DNA from: an uncultured Eubacteriales bacterium
GTDB taxonomy: Bacteria; Bacillota; Clostridia; Lachnospirales; CAZTAY01
Length of the DNA stretch: 64,000 nucleotides
Reading direction: 5' to 3'
Assembly (NCBI GenBank): GCA_964611655.1
Contig: CAZTAY010000001.1
Location: 3,847-67,846 of the forward strand
Below the pieces are notes generated by a model. That model did not search any database, was not told where the DNA came from, and saw only the letters and a program-made list of their open reading frames with translations. The translations under genes were made by a program, and so were the position numbers. Every line of letters starts with the position of its first letter. The stretch's first letter is position 1. Below, piece after piece: positions 36,471 to 45,202 of this stretch.

Positions 36471-37394
36471 TTATGGCACTTCTATATTAGAATCTTTATA
36501 TACATAAAGCAGTTCTTTGTCTTTATTAAAAACTCTTACTTCCTTAGATGGGTTCCAATTATCTTCCGTACTATCACCAACCAGTCTTTGAACGCACTGA
36601 TAACTTAGACCATTATTATCCACCATCTCTATAATCAACTCTAACGTATCATCTTTTAGAACCTTTCCGCTTATTGACTTCTCAATAGTAAGGTTACCAG
36701 TATTAAATAAATTAATATTAGAGAAATTAATAGGTTGAGTTTCCTGTATAGTATTATTTAGTTTCTTAATTAAATTAAGTTCTTTTATTTGCCCCCATTG
36801 AGAAGGAAAACTAAGAACATAAAAATGTAACGTTAAAGAATACTCCAAACCCTTGTTTTCTATGGGTCCAATCGAACCAGTAAAATAAGAAAAAACATTT
36901 GGCACAACTTCAGAAGCAGGTTCAATATTCCAATTAAGCCTTTCTGTATGAGAAGTTTCACCATCAATAAAGGTAATAGCGGATATGTTTTGAACTCTAA
37001 AGATTGAGGTTTCGTATTTTGCAATAAAAGCACCTTGTTCTAGTTCAAGAGGAATGTTTTCTCCATTGCAATGCAAGAGAGCTATTATGGAATTATTAAA
37101 ATTAGTTTTAGGTGTAAATGACAAGGTAATTGGAATGGTATAATTTTTAGCATCAAAGTTCCCGAATGTGCAAGCTTTACTCTCTAAAAAACTTGATTCC
37201 GGAAAAAGCTTGTATTCCAAACTACTTAATCTAGTTTCAATGGCATCTATAGACTCTTGTGTCACATTTAAACTTAAGTCATTAAAAAGTTTTTCTTTAT
37301 TTAGAGCTTCAAATAGAAGCAAACATAAAGTTAAAAGTAGAATGGTTGTAATAGGAAGAGTTATTTTAATTAGAAAGTCTTTAAAGTTTTTCAT
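36471..37394 (-). CDS. membrane-anchored protein of unknown function
   Basis: 307 aa with a single N-terminal TM helix (ITLPITTILLLTLCLLLF) followed by a probable extracytoplasmic domain. I recognise no motif. Confidence 0.5.
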   Translation of the reverse strand: MKNFKDFLIKITLPITTILLLTLCLLLFEALNKEKLFNDLSLNVTQESIDAIETRLSSLEYKLFPESSFLESKACTFGNFDAKNYTIPITLSFTPKTNFNNSIIALLHCNGENIPLELEQGAFIAKYETSIFRVQNISAITFIDGETSHTERLNWNIEPASEVVPNVFSYFTGSIGPIENKGLEYSLTLHFYVLSFPSQWGQIKELNLIKKLNNTIQETQPINFSNINLFNTGNLTIEKSISGKVLKDDTLELIIEMVDNNGLSYQCVQRLVGDSTEDNWNPSKEVRVFNKDKELLYVYKDSNIEVP

Positions 37395-37559
37395 GTCCCA
37401 TTCCCTTCAAATATGTTAAACAGGTTCACTAACAAGGACTTTTACCTGTACGTGAACCATATAGTAAATACATCTAATCTAGCCAAAAACATTTAATCAG
37501 GTTATGCGATCCTTGGGTTTTGAACATTTAACCTTTCTATTCATCGCTTTAATTGAATA

Positions 37560-38018
37560 TTATATTTGAATTAATCTAAGATTTTTGTTAAATCTCTTGG
37601 CATGACTTATTGTTGCCGCTGTTCCTCCAGTGTGCCTTCCGTCCCAGACCGCTATAACAAGTTCCGATTGTTCTACCATGTAGCGATTTCGCTTTATATA
37701 GCAATCTTTTGAATAAGCGTCGCAGTGGATAACAATCTTATTACAATACTTGATAAGTTTTTGAAACATTTTGTCAGGCGTTTTTAATCGTTTGGAATAT
37801 GGAATTGCCGCTTCTAGTATAATTGGATATTTGTCTTTTAGCTCTACAATAATTTCAGAAAATAATAAATCTGTTCCTGCTGCAAATCCGCTAATGAAGC
37901 GTGTATATCCGCCTTCTATAGCTCTCATAATTTCTTGCTCCAACTTAACGGTAACATATTCAACTTTTTTCGTTGGTACGTTACGATGTCCTGTTACACA
38001 ACACGTTTTTATACTCAT
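37560..38018 (-). CDS. SLOG-family (DUF1273 / YpsA-YoqJ-like) protein
   Basis: 152 aa. Hallmarks of the DUF1273 SLOG family are present: CCVTGHR, GFAAGTDLLFSEIIVELK, KRNRYMVEQSELVIAVWDG and TGGTAATISHA. Confidence 0.75.
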   Translation of the reverse strand: MSIKTCCVTGHRNVPTKKVEYVTVKLEQEIMRAIEGGYTRFISGFAAGTDLLFSEIIVELKDKYPIILEAAIPYSKRLKTPDKMFQKLIKYCNKIVIHCDAYSKDCYIKRNRYMVEQSELVIAVWDGRHTGGTAATISHAKRFNKNLRLIQI

Positions 38019-38032
38019 ATTTTTCTCCCTTC

Positions 38033-38069
38033 AGGCTATATATAGACTATACAGTAGCATATATAGCCT
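38033..38069. promoter_or_regulatory. 11-bp perfect inverted repeat (putative operator) between the SLOG and XRE genes
   Basis: aggctatatat (38033-38043) and atatatagcct (38059-38069) are separated by 15 nt. The right arm abuts TATAAT (38069-38074). The direct repeat atagacta occurs at 38042-38049 and 38090-38097. Confidence 0.5.
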
Positions 38070-38125
38070 ATAATTTTCAAGCCTTTTAGATAGACTAAGT
38101 ATAATCTGGTTGAAAGGAGCAAAAA

Positions 38126-38368
38126 ATGAGTACTCGAATTGCTGTTGCAAATAGGTTTCAACAATTATGTGAAAAAAAGGATATTTCTTTAAACAAACTA
38201 GCTAATCTGGCAGCTATTCCCCCTTCAACTCTTAAAAATATTCTTTATGGAAAAAGTAAAAATCCCGGTATTGTCACAATAAAAAAGCTTTGTGACGGAC
38301 TTGAGATAACTTTGGGTGAATTTTTTTCAACACCGGAATTCGATTTTTTAGAGCAAGAAATAAATTAA
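38126..38368 (+). CDS. XRE-family HTH transcriptional regulator
   Basis: 80 aa forming an HTH_3/HTH_26-type domain (ANRFQQLCEKKDISLNKLANLAAIPPSTLKNILYGKSKNP). An RBS AAAGGAG lies upstream. Confidence 0.85.
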   Translation: MSTRIAVANRFQQLCEKKDISLNKLANLAAIPPSTLKNILYGKSKNPGIVTIKKLCDGLEITLGEFFSTPEFDFLEQEIN

Positions 38369-38391
38369 CGGTGCACAAACACCACTGTGCC

Positions 38392-39408
38392 CTAGTTCGT
38401 AATATAATTATATTTCTGCATATACCACTGTATAGTGCTTATAATTCCCGATTCGAAATCAGTTTCAGGCTCCCATCCTAATTCTGTTCTAATTTTATTT
38501 GCATCTATTGCATAACGCCTGTCATGACCTTTTCTATCGGGAACATGTTTAATTAGCTCATTGGTGATTAAACAGTTTACGTTTTTATTCAAGAAATTAA
38601 TAATATATTTAGCCAGTTCAATATTAGTTCTTTCGTTATTACTTCCTACATTATATATTTCTCCAATCTTACCCTTTTCAATCACTAAATCAATGGCCTT
38701 GCAATGATCCATTACATATATCCAGTCCCTGATCTGTAAACCATCTCCATATATAGGGATATTCCTGCCGTACAGTGCATTTTTGATTAATACAGGAATT
38801 AATTTTTCATCATGCTGATTGGGGCCATAATTGTTTGAGCATCTGGTTATATTAGCAGGTAATTTGTAAGTGTCAAAATATGATTTTACTATTAGATCAG
38901 CCGAAGCTTTACTTGCTGCATAAGGGCTATGGGGTTCAATCAGGGATGTTTCATAAAAACAGCCTTCTTCACCTAATGAACCATATACTTCATCAGTTGA
39001 AATTTGAATGAACTTTACTCCGTCCTTATAAACATCATCATCTACGCTCCAAGCCTTTTTTGCGCAATTTAAAAGGTTGTATGTTCCCGAGATATTCGTT
39101 CTTATAAACAAATCAGGGCTTAAAATACTTCTATCCACATGACTTTCAGCGGCAAAGTTTACAATACAGTCGATATTGTATGTAGTAAGTAGCTTTAAGA
39201 CTAAAGACTCATCGCATATATCTCCACAGACAAATAAATGCCTATTATCGTTATTAGCAAAACTTAAATTATTTATGTTGCCTGCATATGTTAAATTATC
39301 TATAGTAATTACCTTAATTTCATTATATTTCTCAAGCAGGTATTTAATAAAGTTTGAGCCTATAAAACCTGCACCACCGGTTATAAGATAAGTTTTCATT
39401 CTTTTCAA
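38392..39408 (-). CDS. rfbB: dTDP-glucose 4,6-dehydratase
   Basis: 338 aa. The sequence contains the Rossmann motif TGGAGFIGSN, the YAASKASAD catalytic motif, and HVPDRKGHDRRYAID. Confidence 0.92.
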   Translation of the reverse strand: MKRMKTYLITGGAGFIGSNFIKYLLEKYNEIKVITIDNLTYAGNINNLSFANNDNRHLFVCGDICDESLVLKLLTTYNIDCIVNFAAESHVDRSILSPDLFIRTNISGTYNLLNCAKKAWSVDDDVYKDGVKFIQISTDEVYGSLGEEGCFYETSLIEPHSPYAASKASADLIVKSYFDTYKLPANITRCSNNYGPNQHDEKLIPVLIKNALYGRNIPIYGDGLQIRDWIYVMDHCKAIDLVIEKGKIGEIYNVGSNNERTNIELAKYIINFLNKNVNCLITNELIKHVPDRKGHDRRYAIDANKIRTELGWEPETDFESGIISTIQWYMQKYNYITN

Positions 39409-40280
39409 TCCTTAGCGGTATTTGCAATTTGAAATAAATACTTCCCGTAATCAGTTGTAATTAAGCTCTCACCAAGCTTTCTAAGCTGATCTGCATCTAT
39501 ATAGCCCATCCTGAATGCTATTTCTTCAATACAGCATATATACAAACCTTGTCTGGTCTGAAGTGATTCTATATAATTTGATGCCTTTAACATAGATTTG
39601 TGAGTTCCTGTATCAAGCCAAGCAATTCCACGTTCTAATAGTCTTACCTTAAGTTTTCCTAGTTTCAAATATTCTGAATTTAGATCAGATATTTCTAATT
39701 CTCCTCTTTCTGAAACTTTAACTTTCTTTGCAATTTCTACAACTTCGTTATCGTAAAAATAAAGCCCAGGTATTGCATAATTTGATTTTGGCATTCTGGG
39801 TTTTTCTTCAATTGAGATAACGTTCATTTGATTGTCAAAATTTAGTATTCCAAATTTGGATGGATTAGATACATGATATCCAAAAATTAAGCAACCGTCG
39901 TTTAGCTGTGCTGCATTTTGCAAAATCTCCATCAATCTATGTCCATGAAAGATATTATCTCCAAGAGCGAGGCAAACATTGGCATTTCCTATAAACTCTT
40001 CGCCTATTATAAATGCATCCGCAATTCCACGGGGCGATAATTGAGATTTATACGAGAATTTTAATCCCAATCTATCACCGTCACCTAGAAGTTTTTGATA
40101 AAGCGAAATGTCATCCGGGGTTGTAATAATCAGAATATCTCTTATGCCCGCTAGCATCAAAGTAGATATTGGATAATATATCATAGGTTTATCGTAAATC
40201 GTAAGCAGATGCTTTGAAACAGCAATGGTAGACGGGTAGAGCCTTGTGCCCCGTCCTCCAGCCAATATAATGCCTTTCAA
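39405..40280 (-). CDS. rfbA: glucose-1-phosphate thymidylyltransferase
   Basis: 291 aa with a TTG start. It begins MKGIILAGGRGTRLYP and contains LGDNIF. It overlaps rfbB by 4 nt. Confidence 0.92.
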   Translation of the reverse strand: MKGIILAGGRGTRLYPSTIAVSKHLLTIYDKPMIYYPISTLMLAGIRDILIITTPDDISLYQKLLGDGDRLGLKFSYKSQLSPRGIADAFIIGEEFIGNANVCLALGDNIFHGHRLMEILQNAAQLNDGCLIFGYHVSNPSKFGILNFDNQMNVISIEEKPRMPKSNYAIPGLYFYDNEVVEIAKKVKVSERGELEISDLNSEYLKLGKLKVRLLERGIAWLDTGTHKSMLKASNYIESLQTRQGLYICCIEEIAFRMGYIDADQLRKLGESLITTDYGKYLFQIANTAKD

Positions 40281-40488
40281 ACTCCAACACCTTCTTTAAT
40301 AGTCATAGACTTTTAAACAGTACAATTGGCGGCTAATACTTTTTCATAGATCAAGTAAGAGAATGAGCCATGCTAAAAGGTATGGTGACTGACAAAGCTA
40401 TACATAAAATAAGCCGCTATATAGTATTGATTATTAAGCTCGTTGATTATGATACAATCATTTATAAACTATAATATTTCAAACCTAC

Positions 40489-40529
40489 AAAAAATTAACC
40501 ATTAAAAGAATAAATCTTAAAATGGTTAA
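40489..40529 (-). terminator. intrinsic terminator after rsfS
   Basis: The stem ttaaccatt/aatggttaa (40495-40529) is followed by TTTTTT on the minus strand. Confidence 0.5.
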
Positions 40530-40537
40530 TCTAGTAT

Positions 40538-40918
40538 CTAAGCAAAGTCAATCTCTTTAGCGTCCGCCCAAATGTGTTCCATATCGTAAAACTCCCGATC
40601 CTCTTTTGAGAAAATATGTAACACTATCCTGCCAAAATCAACTAGAATCCATCTAGCACTTTGATAGCCTTCTAGTCCTTTTGGCAAAACATTTTTTTCT
40701 TTTAGTATAAACACTGATTCATCAATTAAGGTTTTCATGTGGGGAGGATTGTTACCTGTTGCCACTATGAAAATGTCTGCTATGGGAGATAAACTACTTA
40801 TGTCCAAAACCTTGATGTCTTGTGCCATTTTGTCATCAAGTTTATCATATACTAATTTTGCAAGCTCCAGCGCAGTAAGCTCATTACCATTATTACCCAT
40901 TAATTCATTATTCAACAA
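40538..40918 (-). CDS. rsfS: ribosome silencing factor RsfS
   Basis: 126 aa of the RsfS/YbeB/iojap family (DIFIVATGNNPPHMKTL...WILVDFGRIVLHIF). Confidence 0.88.
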   Translation of the reverse strand: MLNNELMGNNGNELTALELAKLVYDKLDDKMAQDIKVLDISSLSPIADIFIVATGNNPPHMKTLIDESVFILKEKNVLPKGLEGYQSARWILVDFGRIVLHIFSKEDREFYDMEHIWADAKEIDFA

Positions 40919-41490
40919 ATCGCCTCCTGTTTTTTCATATACTCCAGCGCCTCAACAGTTAAGTAATATATATTAATGCGCCTCTTTTTTAAATGCCTTA
41001 TGGTATCCTTTAGCATACATGAAAAAGCCTTGTCCAAATCTTCGTATGCCAATTCCCTTATATTTTTTATAAATTCAGTATCCTTCCTGTTTGGCTCAAT
41101 TCCGTCTGCAACATAAATGATTTTTTCAAGTGCCGACATATCCGGTTTACCCGTTGTATGATATTTTATTGAATTTAGGATCTCTGAATCTTGAACCTGA
41201 TAAACCCTTTTTGCAACCTCCGCCCCTAAAAAGCTATGGATCAATTCCGGCTGGTTAAGTAAAAAATCGTCTAATTTAACGTGGTATTCTTTACATAAGT
41301 TAATTTTTAATTGATTGGGATAATCTTTAGCACAATCATGAAGTAATCCCGCAATTTCCGCTTTTTCCTCAGACACGCCATAGACTCTAGCGAGTTTTTT
41401 CGCCTCTTCCATCACACCTAAAGTGTGTATATATCTTTTGATGCTTAAAGAGGACCGCAGTTTTTCGCACATCTGCTCAAGCGTTAACAT
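40912..41490 (-). CDS. yqeK: HD-domain bis(5'-nucleosyl)-tetraphosphatase YqeK
   Basis: 192 aa with the HD motif HTLGV...LLHDCAK. The nadD-yqeK-rsfS gene order is conserved. Confidence 0.8.
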   Translation of the reverse strand: MLTLEQMCEKLRSSLSIKRYIHTLGVMEEAKKLARVYGVSEEKAEIAGLLHDCAKDYPNQLKINLCKEYHVKLDDFLLNQPELIHSFLGAEVAKRVYQVQDSEILNSIKYHTTGKPDMSALEKIIYVADGIEPNRKDTEFIKNIRELAYEDLDKAFSCMLKDTIRHLKKRRINIYYLTVEALEYMKKQEAIC

Positions 41491-41516
41491 AATTTCACCC
41501 TTTTTCGTCTACTTAA

Positions 41517-42164
41517 CTACTGATACAGTCCATGCTCATTTATATAATCGTAAACAGGTTCAGGCACTAAATACTTAATGGATTGACCCTCTTGAATTTT
41601 TGATCTTATATTCGAAGACGATATATCCAAAGACGGCACTTCCATTAATTGAATTGCGCTGCAGTATTTTCTCATTAGGATTTCAGTTTCTTTTTCCAAT
41701 GCACTTTTGTCATACCCCGGTCTTGTTATTGCAATAAAATGGCATAGAGTAAAAAGTTCATCAACATCCTTCCATGTCTCAATTTCAAAGACAGTATCTG
41801 CTCCCGTTATAAAGTAAATTTCGCTGTCGGCAGCAATCTTTTTAATTTCCTTTATTGTATCAATAGTAAAAGTATTCCCGGTTCTATTAATTTCCAAGTC
41901 TGATATAATAAAATTAGGATTATCCATTATAGCAAGCCTAGTCATTTCGTATCTGTGTTCAGCCTCTAAAACCGTAGGGGGTTTATGAGGGGGCGTACCC
42001 GATGGCATAAAAACTATTTTTTCAAACCCAAATTTACATCTTACCGCTTCAGCACAAGCTAAATGACCCATATGAATTGGGTTAAAAGTTCCTCCCATTA
42101 AAGGGATAATACTAAGATTTTTAATACTGGTATTGTCACATTCAACCATAAAACAACCTACCAT
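41517..42164 (-). CDS. nadD: nicotinate-nucleotide adenylyltransferase
   Basis: Contains GGTFNPIHMGH and the ISSSNIR motif. The true start may be the internal ATG (M6). Confidence 0.9.
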   Translation of the reverse strand: MVGCFMVECDNTSIKNLSIIPLMGGTFNPIHMGHLACAEAVRCKFGFEKIVFMPSGTPPHKPPTVLEAEHRYEMTRLAIMDNPNFIISDLEINRTGNTFTIDTIKEIKKIAADSEIYFITGADTVFEIETWKDVDELFTLCHFIAITRPGYDKSALEKETEILMRKYCSAIQLMEVPSLDISSSNIRSKIQEGQSIKYLVPEPVYDYINEHGLYQ

Positions 42165-42240
42165 TTCTAAATCTATTATGCATTATACAAAAATGCTCGA
42201 TAAAAGTCAAATATTGATAGAAGATGTAATAATGGAATAA

Positions 42241-42591
42241 TCAAGCAAAAAATAAAAGTATACCTACAATAACAGCTGATAAAGCACTAATAAAGACAGC
42301 ACCGGCAGCAACATCTTTTGCAATCTTACCATAAGGGTTAAGCTCTGAACCACAAACAAGGTCAACAATCGCTTCAATTGCTGTATTAATCAGTTCAGCT
42401 ACTAAAACTAGCGCTGTTATCATAACAACACCAGCCTTAGATTTGTTGTCTAAATTAAAGGCAAATGAAGCAAAAATGGCAAGAATACCTGCAACAAAAT
42501 GAATTCTTAAATTTTTTTCCTGTTTAAGCGCAGTCAGTATACCTATTATTGCATACTTGAAGCTTGTGACAATATTTTTATTTTTATTCAT
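42241..42591 (-). CDS. dgkA: diacylglycerol/undecaprenol kinase (DagK family)
   Basis: 116 aa with three TM helices. The sequence contains the ELINTAIEAIVD motif. Confidence 0.85.
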   Translation of the reverse strand: MNKNKNIVTSFKYAIIGILTALKQEKNLRIHFVAGILAIFASFAFNLDNKSKAGVVMITALVLVAELINTAIEAIVDLVCGSELNPYGKIAKDVAAGAVFISALSAVIVGILLFFA

Positions 42592-43049
42592 CTAAAAATA
42601 CCCGCATAATTTAATATTTCGTTTTGCTTTAAAAACATTTCCTTTTCATCTTCATCATTCATGTGGTCATAGCCTAAAAGATGCAATACACCGTGTACAG
42701 TTAAAAACGCAAGTTCTCTATCCAAAGAGTGACCGTATTCTTTTGCTTGTGATATAGCTGTTTGTGTTGAAATAACGATATCTCCAAGTATTATGTATTC
42801 GTTTTCCAAAACACTGATATAATCTCCGGCTCTAAAATCCTGTAGCCTAAAGGAAAGCACATCGGTTTTACAGTCCTTTTTTCGGTACTTTAAATTAAGT
42901 TCATGTATCTGAGAATCGTTAACAAGTGATAGGGATATTTCTCCATCACCGGTAAACTTTTCATATTCCAAAGCAACTTTAGTAATCTTCTCTATAAGAA
43001 TAAGATATTTATTATCAATATCCGTTTTATTTGTTATCTCCACGTTCAT
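42588..43049 (-). CDS. ybeY: rRNA maturation endoribonuclease YbeY
   Basis: Contains the zinc motif HGVLHLLGYDH. The ORF track starts at 43085, but the ATG at 43049 (MNVEITNK) is correctly spaced from AGGAGG. Confidence 0.9.
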   Translation of the reverse strand: MNVEITNKTDIDNKYLILIEKITKVALEYEKFTGDGEISLSLVNDSQIHELNLKYRKKDCKTDVLSFRLQDFRAGDYISVLENEYIILGDIVISTQTAISQAKEYGHSLDRELAFLTVHGVLHLLGYDHMNDEDEKEMFLKQNEILNYAGIFR

Positions 43050-45162
43050 CATTATCCTCCTGAGCTTTGACCTCTTTTTCTTCAATTTCCTTAGAGTTCA
43101 TTATTTTTTCAGGATAAGCAACTCTTTCATGATACATACCCTTTAAAACCTTCATAAAAGATTTTCTTATTGTATCCATCTCTTTTATTGTCAGGGAACT
43201 GTCATCAAGTTGTCCGTTGTCCAGCTTCTCCTTAAACAACACCTTCATAAACTCTTCAACTTCCACCATTGACGCACCTGAGGAAACTTTGCTCCTGACA
43301 GCAGCTTCTATAGTATCTGCAAGCATTATAATCGCATATTCCTTAGATTTTGGTATTGTTCCCTTATATCTAAAGTCATCCTCGTTTACGTTTTCGTTGC
43401 CATAAATATTAACTGCCTTTGTATAAAAATACTTCGCAACAGTAGTACCATGGTGTTGCACAATTGCATCCTTAACAGGTCTTGGTAAATGATTATTATC
43501 AGCCAGCTCTAATCCATATTCTACATGCTGCATTATTACTTTCGTACTGTCATATGGATCAAGAGAATCATGGGGATTTTCCGAGGTTTGGTTTTCCGAA
43601 AAATAAATAGGGTATTTAAGCTTGCCAATATCATGATAATAAGCTCCCACTCTTGCAAGGGCAGAATTTGCGTTAATATCAAGTGCAGCTATTTCGGCTA
43701 GATTTGCAACAATTAGGCTGTGGTGATAAGTTCCAGGGGCTTCAAGTGATAGTTTTCTAAGAAGTGTCTTATTAGGGTTTGTTAGGTCTGCAAGCTTAAC
43801 CGGCGTCACAACATCAAACAACGCCTCCCAAACAGGCAGGCTTCCAAGGGCAAAAATCAAAGAGAAAACACCGTTAGCAAATGCTGTCATTGGATTAATT
43901 ACAAGGGAATAAGTTACTGATTTCTCAAACATTAGCGTGCATGCAGCGGCTGAAATTGCACCAACAACACCTATTAATAGTCCAACATAAACTATTTTAG
44001 ACCTTTCAAAGAGATATCTTGCTGAAAGAGCAGAAACCGTACCTATTATATAGAAAAAAATTATAAAGTCTATTCCGCCGTTGTAAATTAATGCGCTTAC
44101 CAAAACAACCGCCGTGTTAGTAGCAATTGCAAATCGGCTTTCAACAAGAATTGAGGCTAATATTACGATCATAGGCAGAGGGATTAGATAAAAAGTCATG
44201 GAATCAAACAGCCTGACAAAAATTATTGAAGCACAATAAAGCAAGCAAAGAATAAATGCTTCCTTTTTGTCTTGAAAAATCTTCTTATAAAATATAATCA
44301 TATATGCCAAAGTTGCAGCAATTGCTAATACAACAAGTATTATAGTTCCAAAGATAGGAATAATATCCTCTTTGCTTTGTTGATCAATGAACCCAAGAGC
44401 ATTTAGAACTTCATAGATTTCTTCTGTTATAATTTCGCCTTCGTCAACAATTTTCTGGTTCTTAATAATCATTACCGGAGAAACTTCAGATGCTTTATTG
44501 CTCTTTGCTGCCTCTGTTGCTTCTATGTCAACAATCATGTTAGGCTCAAGATAATAAGTAATAACTGAATATGACAGATCCTTAATGTCTTGGCTCCATT
44601 CTTCTTTGCTTATGAGCTCCCTTAAGTACAACAGGCTTCTTGGATCGCCATCGTCTTTTACGCCTTCGGCAAACAGTTCAGTAGTAATTCTAATGAGTCC
44701 TTTTTTTAATGAAGACTTGCTCTCATACGATAAGCTCTTGTATGCATTTTCCTGGGCTTTATTCATTATATTTTGCAAATCTGAACTTGACTGATCATCT
44801 GCATTTTCAATGAAATTATTAATAATTCCGCCCACATATAACGGATTATTTAGCAATGTATCCAGCTCATTAAAAAAATTCTTTATTTTGCCGTTTACCT
44901 TATCTAAAACGCCAGAGTCGTTTGTGTATAAAGGGGTAACACTATCTCTTGCTGCATCAATTTTCCTTTGAGTTGCTACTGTATCCACAATATCTCTTGG
45001 TGCGATAAATTTCTTGGTGGACACCTTATCCACGGAAATATCGTAGCTCTCTTTTATATAATTTCCCGAAAGCAAACAAAAAATCGTCACTAAAAAAGCA
45101 GCCAACACCAATACTCTATTATATATGGTTTTTCTTCTTTTGGCTTGTCCTTTGTTACGCAA
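43027..45162 (-). CDS. pgpH: 7TM-receptor HD-domain phosphohydrolase (PgpH-type c-di-AMP phosphodiesterase family)
   Basis: 711 aa with a TTG start. It has an extracellular N-terminal domain, a 7-TM block and a C-terminal HD domain (HHSLIVANLAE...YYHDIGK). The phoH-pgpH-ybeY-dgkA order matches B. subtilis yqfEFG. Confidence 0.75.
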   Translation of the reverse strand: MRNKGQAKRRKTIYNRVLVLAAFLVTIFCLLSGNYIKESYDISVDKVSTKKFIAPRDIVDTVATQRKIDAARDSVTPLYTNDSGVLDKVNGKIKNFFNELDTLLNNPLYVGGIINNFIENADDQSSSDLQNIMNKAQENAYKSLSYESKSSLKKGLIRITTELFAEGVKDDGDPRSLLYLRELISKEEWSQDIKDLSYSVITYYLEPNMIVDIEATEAAKSNKASEVSPVMIIKNQKIVDEGEIITEEIYEVLNALGFIDQQSKEDIIPIFGTIILVVLAIAATLAYMIIFYKKIFQDKKEAFILCLLYCASIIFVRLFDSMTFYLIPLPMIVILASILVESRFAIATNTAVVLVSALIYNGGIDFIIFFYIIGTVSALSARYLFERSKIVYVGLLIGVVGAISAAACTLMFEKSVTYSLVINPMTAFANGVFSLIFALGSLPVWEALFDVVTPVKLADLTNPNKTLLRKLSLEAPGTYHHSLIVANLAEIAALDINANSALARVGAYYHDIGKLKYPIYFSENQTSENPHDSLDPYDSTKVIMQHVEYGLELADNNHLPRPVKDAIVQHHGTTVAKYFYTKAVNIYGNENVNEDDFRYKGTIPKSKEYAIIMLADTIEAAVRSKVSSGASMVEVEEFMKVLFKEKLDNGQLDDSSLTIKEMDTIRKSFMKVLKGMYHERVAYPEKIMNSKEIEEKEVKAQEDNDERGDNK

Positions 45163-45202
45163 TGATCTTCACCCCAAAAATAATCTCTACCTAGAATCAA
45201 TC

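Noticed and set aside
36387-36608. 73-aa plus-strand ORF
   Set aside because: It overlaps the 3' end of the 307-aa minus-strand gene. It is extremely AT-rich and rich in Ile, Phe and Tyr, and it has no RBS.
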